Assembly: GCA_028534125.1 (NCBI GenBank)
Contig: CM052817.1
Span: 50,408,001 to 50,472,000 of the forward strand
Direction of reading: 5' to 3'
Source: Lama glama
Lineage: Eukaryota
DNA length: 64,000 bases
Positions 52,898 through 64,000 of this stretch are shown piece by piece. How positions within the stretch are numbered: position 1 is the stretch's first letter; each line of letters starts with the position of its first letter. Under the pieces are notes generated by a model, which saw only the letters and a list, made by a program, of their open reading frames with translations, did no database searches and was not told the DNA's origin. The position numbers were made by a program, and so were the translations under genes.

Positions 52898-53685
52898 TAG
52901 GGTGTCAAACTCAGTTGCCAGTAGGGGCCAGACAAGTAATATAAGTTAAGTGGAGTATGGACAAGCTTTGTTTACACCTTAAAAATGCAGCAACAGAATT
53001 ATAACTTCATGTAACCATATGAATGAATCTCACAAATAAGATGTTGATAGCAAGAAGGCAGAAATATAGGAATATAATCTGAATGATTCTATTTTCATAA
53101 AGTTAAAAAAGACAAAGCAATTCTATGACATTAGAAGTTAAGTTAGTAGTTTCCTGTGGGAATAGTGAGTGGAAAGAGGCACAAAGGGGTTTCTGGGGTG
53201 CTGATAATGCTGGTTGTATAGATGAATTCAATTTATAAATAGTCATTGAGCTGTATACTTATGATTTGTGTCCTTTTCTGTATATATGTTTTGCTTCAAT
53301 AAGAAGTTTAAAAATGTCCCAACAAGCCTTCAAATCCACAAAAATATTTTTTATTTATTATTTTTTGAAATTTGTAGTCTAAAGGTCTAACTTTATTATG
53401 CTGGCTTTTGATGAAGGTATGAGTGCAGAGAGCAGTTTTTTTGCCATAAGAAAAGTAATTTGGTACATTATGAGGGTATATGATGATTGGTACTGGGTCT
53501 CAGTATCAAGAGAACTAGGAAGAGGTGAGGACCACGAGAACTGGAAGGTCCACGCCTTTCAGTGGAGGGCATCTGCTTGTATATTTCAGCAGATGTGTAT
53601 GTGTATGAGGGCTACTAACTTTTCTAATTAAACCAGGAATCTTGATTTGATTTGAAAACTTCAACTTTTCAGTTTTTGACTACTC
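52898..53685. mobile_element. MER103C-like hAT MITE, split by an old L1 3' fragment (+ strand, ~52975-53315)
   Basis: 'tagggtgtcaaactcagttgccagtaggggccagacaagtaatataa' and 'gagaactggaaggtccacgcc...gagggca'. The L1 piece contains 'atgaatgaatctcacaaataagatgttga...gagctgtatacttatgatttgtg'. Confidence 0.65.
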
Positions 53686-54054
53686 TTATGCCCTGTGCAG
53701 CTACAGGAAGCACTAGGTCTGGTCTGACCTCTGGTTTGATTCCTTTGGTATAGAAGAGTGGGTTGATTTCTGGGGTCTCTGAGGCTATCTCTGGACAGGT
53801 GTTAAAAAGTTTAAGAAGGAAATATAAAGATAAATGCAGGCAGGAAGGAACATACATATACTTTTTGTTTAATTGAGTTTTATATGTGATTTATGCCAGT
53901 GTTAATGAAAGTTTGTTCACTTTAACCTCTGGGAGTTTAGAAAATGGAGTGTAGCGTACATGTTCTGGCATCTCACATTTGAAGGATGGTGGAGTCTCTG
54001 GCCCTCCTCATCTTCCAAGCTGCTTTGAACATGTTTTCTCTTTGATTCTCCCAA

Positions 54055-54250
54055 ATGCACGTTTATTGGTTGCTTACAGTTTTCCAGGCACTGTGCCAAG
54101 CATTCAGGATTCATCTTCTCACTTATTGCTCAGAGGCAGTGATTGTCAACAATTTGCAGGTGAGGAAACTTAAGTTTGCTTACATTTATAACAAGTTAGT
54201 GATAATTAGGATTCAGACCAAGTCTGTAGAGCTTGAACTCTTAACCATGA
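54055..54250 (-). mobile_element. MIR SINE
   Basis: 'tttattggttgcttacagttttccaggcactgtgccaagca...atttgcaggtgaggaaacttaag'. Confidence 0.85.
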
Positions 54251-55729
54251 ATCCATCACTAATTATTAACTTTATCACTGTATCTAGAGATATGTAAATC
54301 AAGAATTTTCAAGCCTATATTATACTTAAGGAATCCGAAGCACAGATCCTTTAAATAACTTGACAGAAATGACATCACTCTTCAGTGAGAGAAGTTTGAT
54401 ACAGGCCTCTTGTTCTGATCACTGAAGGTCATCTAGGGAGTGGGGTTAATTTCATCTTAGCAGATTTCTCTAACAGTAGATCTCTTCCTGTCACATAGCA
54501 GTTAATTATTTATTTGTAGGTATAATCTAAATAAAATCAACCTAATCTTAGATGATAAGGTATATCCCAAATAAGAAGTGCCACTAATGTTCGATATGCA
54601 TACTGAGTTAATGTTCTCCATGCTTAGGATAACAACTGATGGTGCATCTTCTCTCAGCTGGTGAATTCAAAAGCCAGCCATTCATCCAAATATGCAGATG
54701 TTTAGCCTTGTGCTTCTCTGAGTGACTTACAGTTTTCACTTTGAATTACAGTCTTTGGTGCCCAACAGTGACAGGGTATCAGGCAAATAAATGCATGACT
54801 TTAAAAAGAATTCTTTTAATCTTGACCCATAGCAGCCCCAGTTGAGCGGGGACAATTTATATGTTATGGTTTGACTTATTAGCCTTATTTTAATTTGTCC
54901 TCTTGGATTTTCTAGTTTTCTTCTACTGAACAGTGATTAAAGTTTGCAGTGCTGTTTACCAAGTGGAATTTGAGTGATCTCAGCAATCAAAACAAAACTT
55001 AGTTTTGTCCATTCCTCTTTTTCCTATTTAGTCTAGTCAGGACATCATGAAATATTTAATGCAACATTTGAAATCCCAGAGTTGTAGACCTGTCTCTTAA
55101 AACAGGATGGAATGTATCAAACAAAGCATTTTATTTGTCATCTTGCTTTCTAAGTGTTTACAGTAAAATTAGAGGGATGGGTGTATTATATTTTTTTACT
55201 AAATTCATTAGGCCTTCTATTCAGTCTATTAATTGTCTCCTCCTGTTGTGTGGTCCTAATGAAAAGAATCCTTTTTTAACCAGCACCCTCCATTGTGGCC
55301 CTGATGTTACCATGGAAATGAAGCAGCTTGTTCTGACATTGTCTGTTGTATGTATTTACAGCACATTAGGTAACACCTGGGCATTAAAATCTTGCAATAT
55401 AATAGGTTTTTATTTTTAAAGATCACCAGGAATACCATTTTCCCTTCACATTAGTTTTTGCCATTTATGGTGGATGAACATGCAAGCAAAAATTACCAGC
55501 ACTGGTCTTACGTTGGCAGTTAGATGAGATTTTTTTTTCCTAATGTATATTATAGAATATATAATATACATGTGTAGCAGGTAGAAAAGTACTAGAATCT
55601 TCACAACATAAAAACAGAGAAGCTTGTCTTAGTTTATCTTTATTAACTCCTAAATGTACATTATTCTCCTAGGTGTCTCAAATATATATGTATAGTATTT
55701 CTGTTCAGTATTTGTGCATGTTTATTAGT

Positions 55730-56085
55730 TGTTGACTTACACACACACACAACATAAAACACACACACACACACACACACACACAACATAAAAGCTGTGA
55801 GTTGTTTACACAGTGTCTCACTGAGGACTATAGCCTGGGAGACAGCCTCTCTGATAGCTCTGAAAAACTGTTCTGACGAGGTATGGGGGAAGGTCAATAT
55901 ATTGTGATTTTGGTGAAGGGGGTGCGTGCAACCAAGCACACATCTTGGTAGAAAGTTGCTGCTAGTCACAAGGAACAGATACCTTAGTTAATGGTTTAGT
56001 TCTTTTCTAAGTATGGGAAGATGCAGTAATCCAGGTTCATAAAAAAATTTGTCCTGAAAATATCTAACTCTCTGAAGACCTGTTC
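55730..56085 (-). mobile_element. MER41-like ERV1 LTR, truncated, with an internal CA microsatellite
   Basis: 'tgttgac...tgaggactatagcctgggagacagcctctctgatagctctgaaaaactgttc' matches my recall of MER41-related LTRs in laurasiatherians. Confidence 0.75.
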
Positions 56086-56959
56086 ATCTTTCTTTTGCAT
56101 ACCCCACAGCAATTTGTAAATGATTAGTTAGTCTCTCAAATTTATATTCCATTCCCACACTGTAGCAGGCATTATTTGTCACTACTTCTCTGTGATTTTC
56201 TGATTCTCAGAATTCTCAGTTCTTAACATCAACATTTCTAGATGTTTTAAACTATTTACTTATTTCTTCCTGCTTTAGGAAAAGAAATAACTTTCCTCTT
56301 CAAGGCTACTATTCTCCACCTATTGTCTTGACTCTGTTGTATCTAAACTCCTTAGGCCCCAAAGGTCCACTGGTGTGGTAAGATTGTCCCTCATACTATC
56401 ACAGTAGCACTTGCAGTAGGGTAAGGCAGCCCCAAAGAATTTCTTGTGCTTCTGGTTAAGACTATGATTCTATAGCTTTGGCATTCGCTAGAGCAAGATT
56501 TTAGGAAGCCCCAGAGCTTCAGAAGCCTTTAGTAAGACTGTCACTCTCTAACCCCATCAGCTGCCACACCACTTTTCTTAGCATTACACAGTATTGAAGA
56601 GACCAATCCCAAGGAACAACAAATTGATTCTTCACTTTCCCTAAGAAACAATCAGGATTAATTTCATCATGACCTACCTTGGGCACAAACTCAAGTCAAA
56701 GCCTCCTGGGGCATCCATCATGATTTTAGCTCCACATGGCTCTGTGTGTTCCCTAATCTGAATCAGTCTCCCTCCCTTCCCTATTTGCCCACTCTCTTCC
56801 ACTTTTCTCTTTGAAGAATTCCCTATAGCTTTTGCCCTTAACATTGCATCATCTTTTTGCTCTAAATGAAGCCCAGATAACGTCTTAGAAAACAACTCTC
56901 TGGATGGTGACATCTTTTTCTTCCAAGATGGGGACCAGAGTTGGATTGGATGTTCTCAT

Positions 56960-57480
56960 TTATCATCATCTCTTTTAGAACCCTGTCTGTCCCCTTTTTT
57001 GGTTCAAACTCCCAGTTTGAAGTGTATGACTGTCACATCCTCTATGCTTTTTGAACACTCATTTCAAAACTCCCAGTTACACCTTCTCATTCTCTAGAGA
57101 TTTTAGTAGTTGATTTCCCTGTTATTTTTCTTAATATCTTAAACATCAAGATGAACACTCTAACACCCTGGACCCTCAGTTCCTAGGCTACTTTACCTCC
57201 AATGATTGTGTCTTCTGCTTATCCTCAACCACCATCCCTTGGCCATATTCTGAACTTGTCATTACAGAGAACTGCAGTTTCCACAAAATCTTGATTTTAG
57301 GGATTCTACTCCCTTTCAGGCAAAAACTTCTGATCACTTATTTCATTGTGCCTCCTACAATTATTTTACCCTGTAAGGACTTTTGACATGCCACCTTTTT
57401 AATCTACCAGGATATCCTCACAAATCTCCATCTCTTCTTATCCAAATTTCATTGCACTGCTTGTATTTATCATCATTATA
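56960..57480 (+). mobile_element. LINE-2 ORF2 5' (endonuclease region) fragment
   Basis: 'ctaacaccctggaccctcagttcctaggctactttacctccaatga...ggccatattctgaacttgtcattac' corresponds to the GHTLDLVIT-like motif. Confidence 0.7.
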
Positions 57481-59229
57481 GTCCCTTAATACAATTGATT
57501 ATTCCTTCCTACCCTTGGAGTCAATGCCAGGCACTGTTAAACTCCAGGCTTCTAGTCACATAGGAATAATGAGTCTCTATTGCTTTAATTTACTCTGTTG
57601 GATTTTCTGTTACTTGGAGAACATACACCTGAAGGATGCACTATTCCTTCTCTAGAGTGAATGGAGCAAGGAAGGAAGGTGGGGTGGGGGGAGAAGAGGC
57701 TGGTAAAAGTTACTTTGCCTCTGTAGAAACTCTGGCCTACAGTTTGAGAACAAAGTTTTGATTGTATCTAATTTTTCCAAACTAAATATTTAAGAATGAA
57801 AATAATCACTATATCTTTGTTTTTTGAATTCCCTATAACACATGCTACAATGCCCTAAAGTATTTTCTCTCTTTCTCTTTGTCCTTCCTGTCCAGATTAG
57901 AAAAGGAACCTACTGATAATAGATTCTGCCTGCTAGGTATTATAATAGAGATACACACATGATAAAGGTGCCCCTTCCTAAGGGAGTTCCACAGGTTAGT
58001 AGGAGAGGCAAACTTAAGAGTGAACACACGTGTGACATATTACTGTATTTGTGTAAACAGAGAAATATTGGAGAAGAAAGGAGCTATATCTAATGATGAC
58101 TGAGCAAGGGAGTTGTTTTGGTAAAGCATGCATTAGACTGTTTTGGTGTCATGTGTCTTCATGAATCTGGAGAAGCTACTAAAGAACTCAAGGTTAGAAT
58201 CAAATCTATTTGATAGGGAAGATGATGTACATAGCTCTTAGTATATTTTCTGAAACATTCCAATCTTTTTTCTATGTACATATATGTATATATGTTATAA
58301 AATTCATATCATACTATATTATATGATATGAATTGTTATATAATCTGTTTATTAAGCCATTTCTCAAAAGCAATTTCATAACAAAACTTAGATATCTGCC
58401 TATTATCATTCATAATGACTGTAGACTATTCCATAATGTGAATATATAAAAACTTAAAGAAACTTTATTTATCAGACATGGTTGTTTACAATTATTTGAA
58501 TGAAACCTCTTTGTATCTAAAAAGTATGCTTTACCAAGTTATTTCACTAGAGCTTGGGAAGAAAAGAGTTTACAGCAGTCCTGTGACCAATCTACTCTCT
58601 GCTAGAGATGTTCAGGGAGAAAGAATAATTGTATTTCTTGGCAAATATGGTAATGGCCTCTTGGCAAGTATGCTAATGACCTTCTGGTAAACATGCAAAT
58701 GACCTGATAAACCCACTAATGCTATTTACTAGCAGAACAATAATGATAATTTCTTATCTATGAAAGAATCTTTGGCAGGAAAAACCTGTGCTATTGAAGT
58801 AGCTTATTGTAAGTACACTTGCAGTTTATAGATTTATGGGAGATGGCTAGCTGGGGAAGGTCACATCAGCTGTGTAATTAATAAATGTAAGGTAGCCCAA
58901 ATAGCTTCCTCTGTCTGAGTGAGATGTCTGCATACCTTGCTCAAATATTTCATCTGTTAACCTGGAGGCAAACAATATCCTATTGTAGGAGAAGAAAGTC
59001 CTTTTTTTTATTGAAAGCTGTATCAGAAGTTCTCAGATTCTTCCAGGGGAAATATTCTTTACATGTATCATTTAAATCATTGATGAAGTTTGATATTGGG
59101 TGATATCTATGATTTACTTGGGTTGATTTGACAATACAATCCTTTGTGTCACCACAGAAAAATTCCAGCAGTGGAATTTTGGTGTGAAGGGGAATGTACT
59201 TTTTAGGAATTGTGGGACATATGATTTAG

Positions 59230-60090
59230 TCTATTGAAAAATTTGAACTTGGTGGGGTCAAATTCCCTTTTTCTATGCTCTCTCAGGTTTCCTTTTTCCA
59301 TTCCTTAGGAGCTTGGACAGTTCCCTGAGCTTTCTTGTTAAATTCAGCTATTTATAAATAAGTCCACTTTATTCAAGTCCAGTTTAACAGTCAAATTGTA
59401 TATCCAGTTTACTGCACGTCTTGTCTTTCATGTGTCAACGGGGTTGGGGGACTTGGAGTAGAGATGGAACAAAGTCTGCTCCTAATATAGTTATTCCCCC
59501 TCTACTTTCCCTCTTACGTCTCTCTTCTTTTCCAGCTGGTAGAATGGGAAGGTATGATAAAAAGAGAGAAAAGTCTTTCCAGTAAGTTTCTGGCATCTGC
59601 TGACTGTTGCTTCTCCTGTAGGCATTCACATGCTGGCTCTCTTGGGGTGCTTGTGTGATCCTAGTAGGTGATCTCAATGCCCAGTTTCCTTGGCATAGGA
59701 GGTCTGCTCCATAGATAAATCTGTCAAGCACAATGTTTCAAGTTTTGGTACTTATTGTAATGTCCACTTTCTCCAAGATGAAAATGGTCAGTGTACAGGT
59801 TGCTCCATTCTGCCCCTTTTTCTATCCTACTTTCTCTCTGAACTTCTCAGTTCCTCTCCTGCTCAAATAGTCCTGTGTGCAGATCATTCAATCTGCTGCA
59901 TAAGAAGGTCCTCAACTAATGAATGAAGTGCCAGTCTCTTTAATTGATTTTCTCAGAGCTCTGTTATTTGGCTGTAGGGGAGGAATAAGACAACTCTCTA
60001 CACTGACTGAACACTCCAGACACCCTTTCCTGGTTGCTGTAGTTTCCATGGTCACTGTAGTCAGCAACCAGGAAGAGTGAGGCTTATATA
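59230..60090 (-). mobile_element. Putative old LTR-like element, unassigned, inserted within antisense L1 fragments
   Basis: A GC-richer block between L1-like flanks. The minus strand ends in CA at ~59230 and has AATAAA about 140 bp upstream of that end (tttatt at ~59368). Confidence 0.4.
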
Positions 60091-60431
60091 AAAGACTATA
60101 CCTGCTTACTTCTTAATAAGTACTAGAAGAAATGTCTAGCCCACCAACTGTTTTGTACTGGATACTTATTGCTCTCAATTTTTTGTCCCAGACTTCAGTT
60201 CTTCAGATATCAAAAAAAGCTCATTTAACATTTATATGCATATAAATAATCTTCCTATACACCTAATAGTCCTCATGAACATTGCTGAACAGCAGTGAAT
60301 ATTATCATTTATATGATTTTCGCTCATCAGAAAGGTCTAGAACTTCCTTTATTGCTGTTTCAAGCAGAATTTCTTTATAGTTAGGTTAGGTTTAAGCATA
60401 AAAAAGTTTTTATTGAACACTTGTATTTCTT

Positions 60432-60587
60432 TTTTTTTAATTTCTTTTTTTTTAAATTGAAGTATAGTCAGTTACAGTGTGTCAATTTATGGTATACAGC
60501 ATAATGTCTCAGTCATACATATACATACATATATTTGTTTTCATATTTTTTCATTAAAGGTTATTACAAGACATTGAATATAGTTCC
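60432..60587 (-). mobile_element. Young, severely 5'-truncated L1 3' end with poly(A) and a 12-bp TSD
   Basis: CTTGTATTTCTT at 60420-60431 and 60588-60599. The T-rich tail is followed by 'aattgaagtatagtcagttacagtgtgtcaattt...ttattacaagacattgaatatagttcc'. Confidence 0.92.
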
Positions 60588-60599
60588 CTTGTATTTCTT

Positions 60600-62050
60600 A
60601 TGTAAATAGAATCTGCCTGGAGTTTGCTTATTTTTCTAATGGGTTATTTATATCTTGATTACTGATTTGTTGACATTCCATTTATACTGAAGATATTAAA
60701 CATTTGATTGCCATGTAGGCTGTAGTGTTTTCTTTCAAAGTTTGGTTTTTGCCTTTATTAATTACTTACTAATTAATACAAATTACCAATTAGTCATTTT
60801 ACTAATGGTTTTTTGCTTTATACATAGTTTAAATTTTTATGTATTCAAAACTATCAAACTTTGTGTTTTATTCTTTGAAATAACTAATTAAAAGGCATTT
60901 TTTTATTCTCATACATTTATGATTTCATTTTATTATTAAAAATGTTTAATACATTTTCAGTTTATTTGGAATAGAGTGATATGGGAATCTACCATTATAT
61001 TTTTTGATGTTCTCAAGAACATTTATTATTTTAAACTCACCTTTCCTCACTGACATAAGGAATTATTTTATACATTTGTTTGTTTCATTTACCTATTTAT
61101 TAAGTTTTACTATATCATAAGACTTCTTATGTTATTTTTACTTTCAAAGATTTATATTAACTATTATCAAGCATCTTCATTTCAGGATGAATGATATAAT
61201 ACATTTTCCAATTTTCTCATTCCAAAAAAACTCACACTCTTCTCTCTCTCTCTCATCCTCTCCTCCCTCCTACTGTCTCTTCCTCTCTCTCCCCCTCTCC
61301 CTCTGTCTCTCCAGGTATCTGTCTGTCTGTCTGTCTCTCTCTCTTGCTATGAACAACATCAATCTGTTTTATTGATGTGTTCAGATAATTAGTTCTGGAG
61401 ATGTATTTCTTAATTTGTTAATTTCTAGTCTTTAATAAATAATCTTTCCTTACTTTTCCTATGATTGTTGCATTGTTGCATCTTCTAACATACTGAATTT
61501 AATGCTTAGTTCAATTGTTATTATTCTTTTTTTTTTCTTTAAGTATAGAGCATGCAGCACTAGCTTTGGCTATAATTTTAGAGTTTGATGTATAGTCATT
61601 CTGTTATTAATTTTTCAGTAGCCTGTAATTTTGTCCTTATTGTCTCTTTACCAAAGTATATAAAATTTTTTGACTGCCTGGCCTTTCAGAAAAATTATTT
61701 ATCTGATATTAATATCACTTTGTGGTCAGAGTATACTCTCTAATAGGAGTTCTTGTTAGGGATTTCATTTTCTTCAGCACCAGTTCTGCTTATTATTTTT
61801 CCCATTATAGGTGGTTTATATTCCTTTATTACATTTTTAACCTCCTTATCATCTTTTTATATTTTATCCATTTCCATTTTCTTTTCGTCTTATTGCCTTT
61901 TCAATATAGTAAGTTCTTTTCTCATGATTTTATCTCTGATGTATAGTAGTTACATCTTGCAAAATCAGAAAGTAGTTATAGAAATTTTCTTCTAGTATGT
62001 AGTAGCTTTTTCAAAGATAAGTCTTTCTTCTAGGTCTTTTAAATGCTGTG
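60600..62050 (-). mobile_element. Old L1 fragments, antisense, highly decayed
   Basis: T-rich, with 'tttaaatttttatgtattcaaaactatcaa' and 'ctttgtggtcagagtatactc'. Confidence 0.55.
61217..61345. repeat. CT-rich low-complexity / (CT)n-(CTGT)n tract
   Basis: Direct reading of the sequence. Confidence 0.9.
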
Positions 62051-62363
62051 TTTAAATAGAGAACTAAATGCCCAATTTTTGGTCAGTTCAGGGCTTGGGT
62101 TTCATGGTGAGTAGAAAGTTGCTGGGACAAATGAAGAATATTTTCTTACTCTCCTACTCTCAGGTTATCTGTTTCACTTAGGAAACTGTGGTAGTCTATA
62201 AATTGGAGAAAAACTTCTTTTATCAGATGCTTAAAAATCAATACCAGTCCTTCCTAAATTTTGATATTAGTCTTAATATAAATTGTTGTTGAGAAAATTT
62301 GCCTTTTCTTGTTAGTGAAGCAGAAATATGAAATACTGTGCCTCACAAAAAATTGACAACTTC

Positions 62364-62364
<1 letters not shown>

Positions 62365-62412
<48 letters not shown>
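62365..62412. repeat. (ATT)16 trinucleotide microsatellite
   Basis: 48 nt of perfect ATT units. Confidence 0.97.
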
Positions 62413-64000
62413 GTTATTAGTTTGTCACAAAGATGACTCATGGTCAGTACCTTGCAAAGTGCTCAGTATATGGCATGTCCTAAGTAAACATTTAATGAAT
62501 AAATAATCCCTAACTGCAGAAAAATAAAGTAAAATACAAACATCAGCCTTGACTAGGAGGCTCATTCAATGAGTTGGAGAGTGAAGATTTGTTATTGTGA
62601 AATTTTAATAAAATAAGTATTGGAAATGTGACCAGAAGAATGAAACCATCATTATATGAGACCCTGAATTCTTTCCACTCTTCTCATAAGTGGTACTTTC
62701 AAAGCTTCTGCTGAGTTCTCGAGTATGCAGAGGCTTGACCTGAGTTTGAGGAAAGGGGCTGTAAGAAATATTTACTTCCCTTTATTTTTATTTTTTTCCT
62801 TTCCTAGCAGAGTAGAAGATAGAAGAAAGATAAATGGGAAGAGAAAATAAGAAAGGGGGATGGTCAGGCTTTATAGAATAATGATGAAGTAGACATTTAA
62901 GATCAACATGATTTAATATTAAATTTCAATTCTTATTTTGCATTTCTTCCATGCAAATACCTTTTAATTTGCAATACCTTTGTACATGTGCTAGACACGT
63001 GAAAGTTTTCTTTGAATTGTTCTTATGGAAACACAATAAAAGAATAGTGTTCCAAGTTTGGGTCAATGCTGGGATAGAGATAAAAGCGTGAATGAGCAGA
63101 GAATACAAGTTCAGCACAAAATGTAAGTCAGAGACAAAAAAGGGAAAAAGGAAGATTTGTATGGCACACATAGTAAGTCAATTGGGAAAATGGACAAATC
63201 ATTGGGAGTTTATGTAATAAAGTGATGGGACCTTGACTGGAGCTTAAGTGGTGGACTCGTTAATAATAGGTGGCACAAAATTGCACTAAAAATAAATATG
63301 AATAACATAAAGACATCTCTAATTTCCATGGAAAATGTCACAATTCAGACAAATGAGTGATGTATTAAGTCTGAAATATATAATAAAGTGTAGACTTGAT
63401 TTATGGACATTTGAAGTCAGTTGCTTCCTAGGGAGTATGATTTGAAGACTGTCAGAATCATTCTTGTCTTCCCATCATGGAGAAGTCAGGTTCCAATTAG
63501 AGATTAAAAATTATTACCGGGTCTCATGAATAACATCTCTATCCTGTCTTTAGAACCATTTGAGAAACAGATGCATTAGTTAGAGATGTGGAGATCAGGG
63601 TAGGTCTTACTGATGGAATTGTGGCCCAGAATGAGGTAGGTGGACCTCGTACTACTCCTTATCTTGTTCCAGGCCTTTGAGGAAAACTCTGGGCCTAGGG
63701 AATAGGGACACATCGCTCTTCTACTTGCCTGGGGAGAGGAGGGTAGAGGTGCCTGAAATCCCTTGTGCTTAGGGCTTGTGATAGATTAGCTCAGCCAAGT
63801 TGAAAAATGTGGAATGATACCTATGACCGGTCCCCCAGGTGTCACAGTCTACCACATGGAGAGGAGCTGGGGACAGGCAAGAAGTCAAGAGTATTTAGAT
63901 AAAATCCTTTCTCATGGAAAACTGAAACGTCAAATAAACTCCCCAACTTCAACCCAAATACTTTCTCCCCTTTGAACTCTGTATAACCCTTGCAGGGGTA

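Noticed and set aside
55730..56085. MER41-like LTR as an interferon-inducible STAT1 enhancer
   Set aside because: I did not find an intact TTCnnnGAA site in this truncated copy.
1..64000. CRISPR array, tRNA/rRNA/snoRNA, CpG-island promoter, or a novel multi-gene system
   Set aside because: I saw no regularly spaced repeats, no recognisable structured RNA gene, no CpG-dense region and no intact coding sequence.

Overview
This is AT-rich, CpG-depleted mammalian non-coding DNA, either intronic or intergenic. It has no CpG island, no recognisable cellular protein-coding exon, no RNA gene and no prokaryotic feature (operon or CRISPR). The ORF track is chance ORFs plus decayed LINE-1 ORF2 pieces. 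Much of the window is transposon fossil: L1 of several ages, L2, MIR, MaLR (MLT1), MLT2 and ERV1-type solo LTRs (two with intact 4-bp TSDs), hAT MITE remnants, and a CR1-clade ORF2 fossil. Repeat family names come from my recall of consensus sequences and need RepeatMasker/Dfam confirmation; most boundaries are approximate. I saw no lineage-specific SINE, and the youngest L1 3' ends look cetartiodactyl, so a camelid source is a plausible inference. I found no evidence for a new biological system. The best leads are an L1 fragment that looks like an endonuclease-independent repair patch, the CR1 fossil, a 13-bp hairpin enclosing an RFX X-box-like motif inside an unassigned LTR-like element, and a few low-confidence + strand exon candidates.
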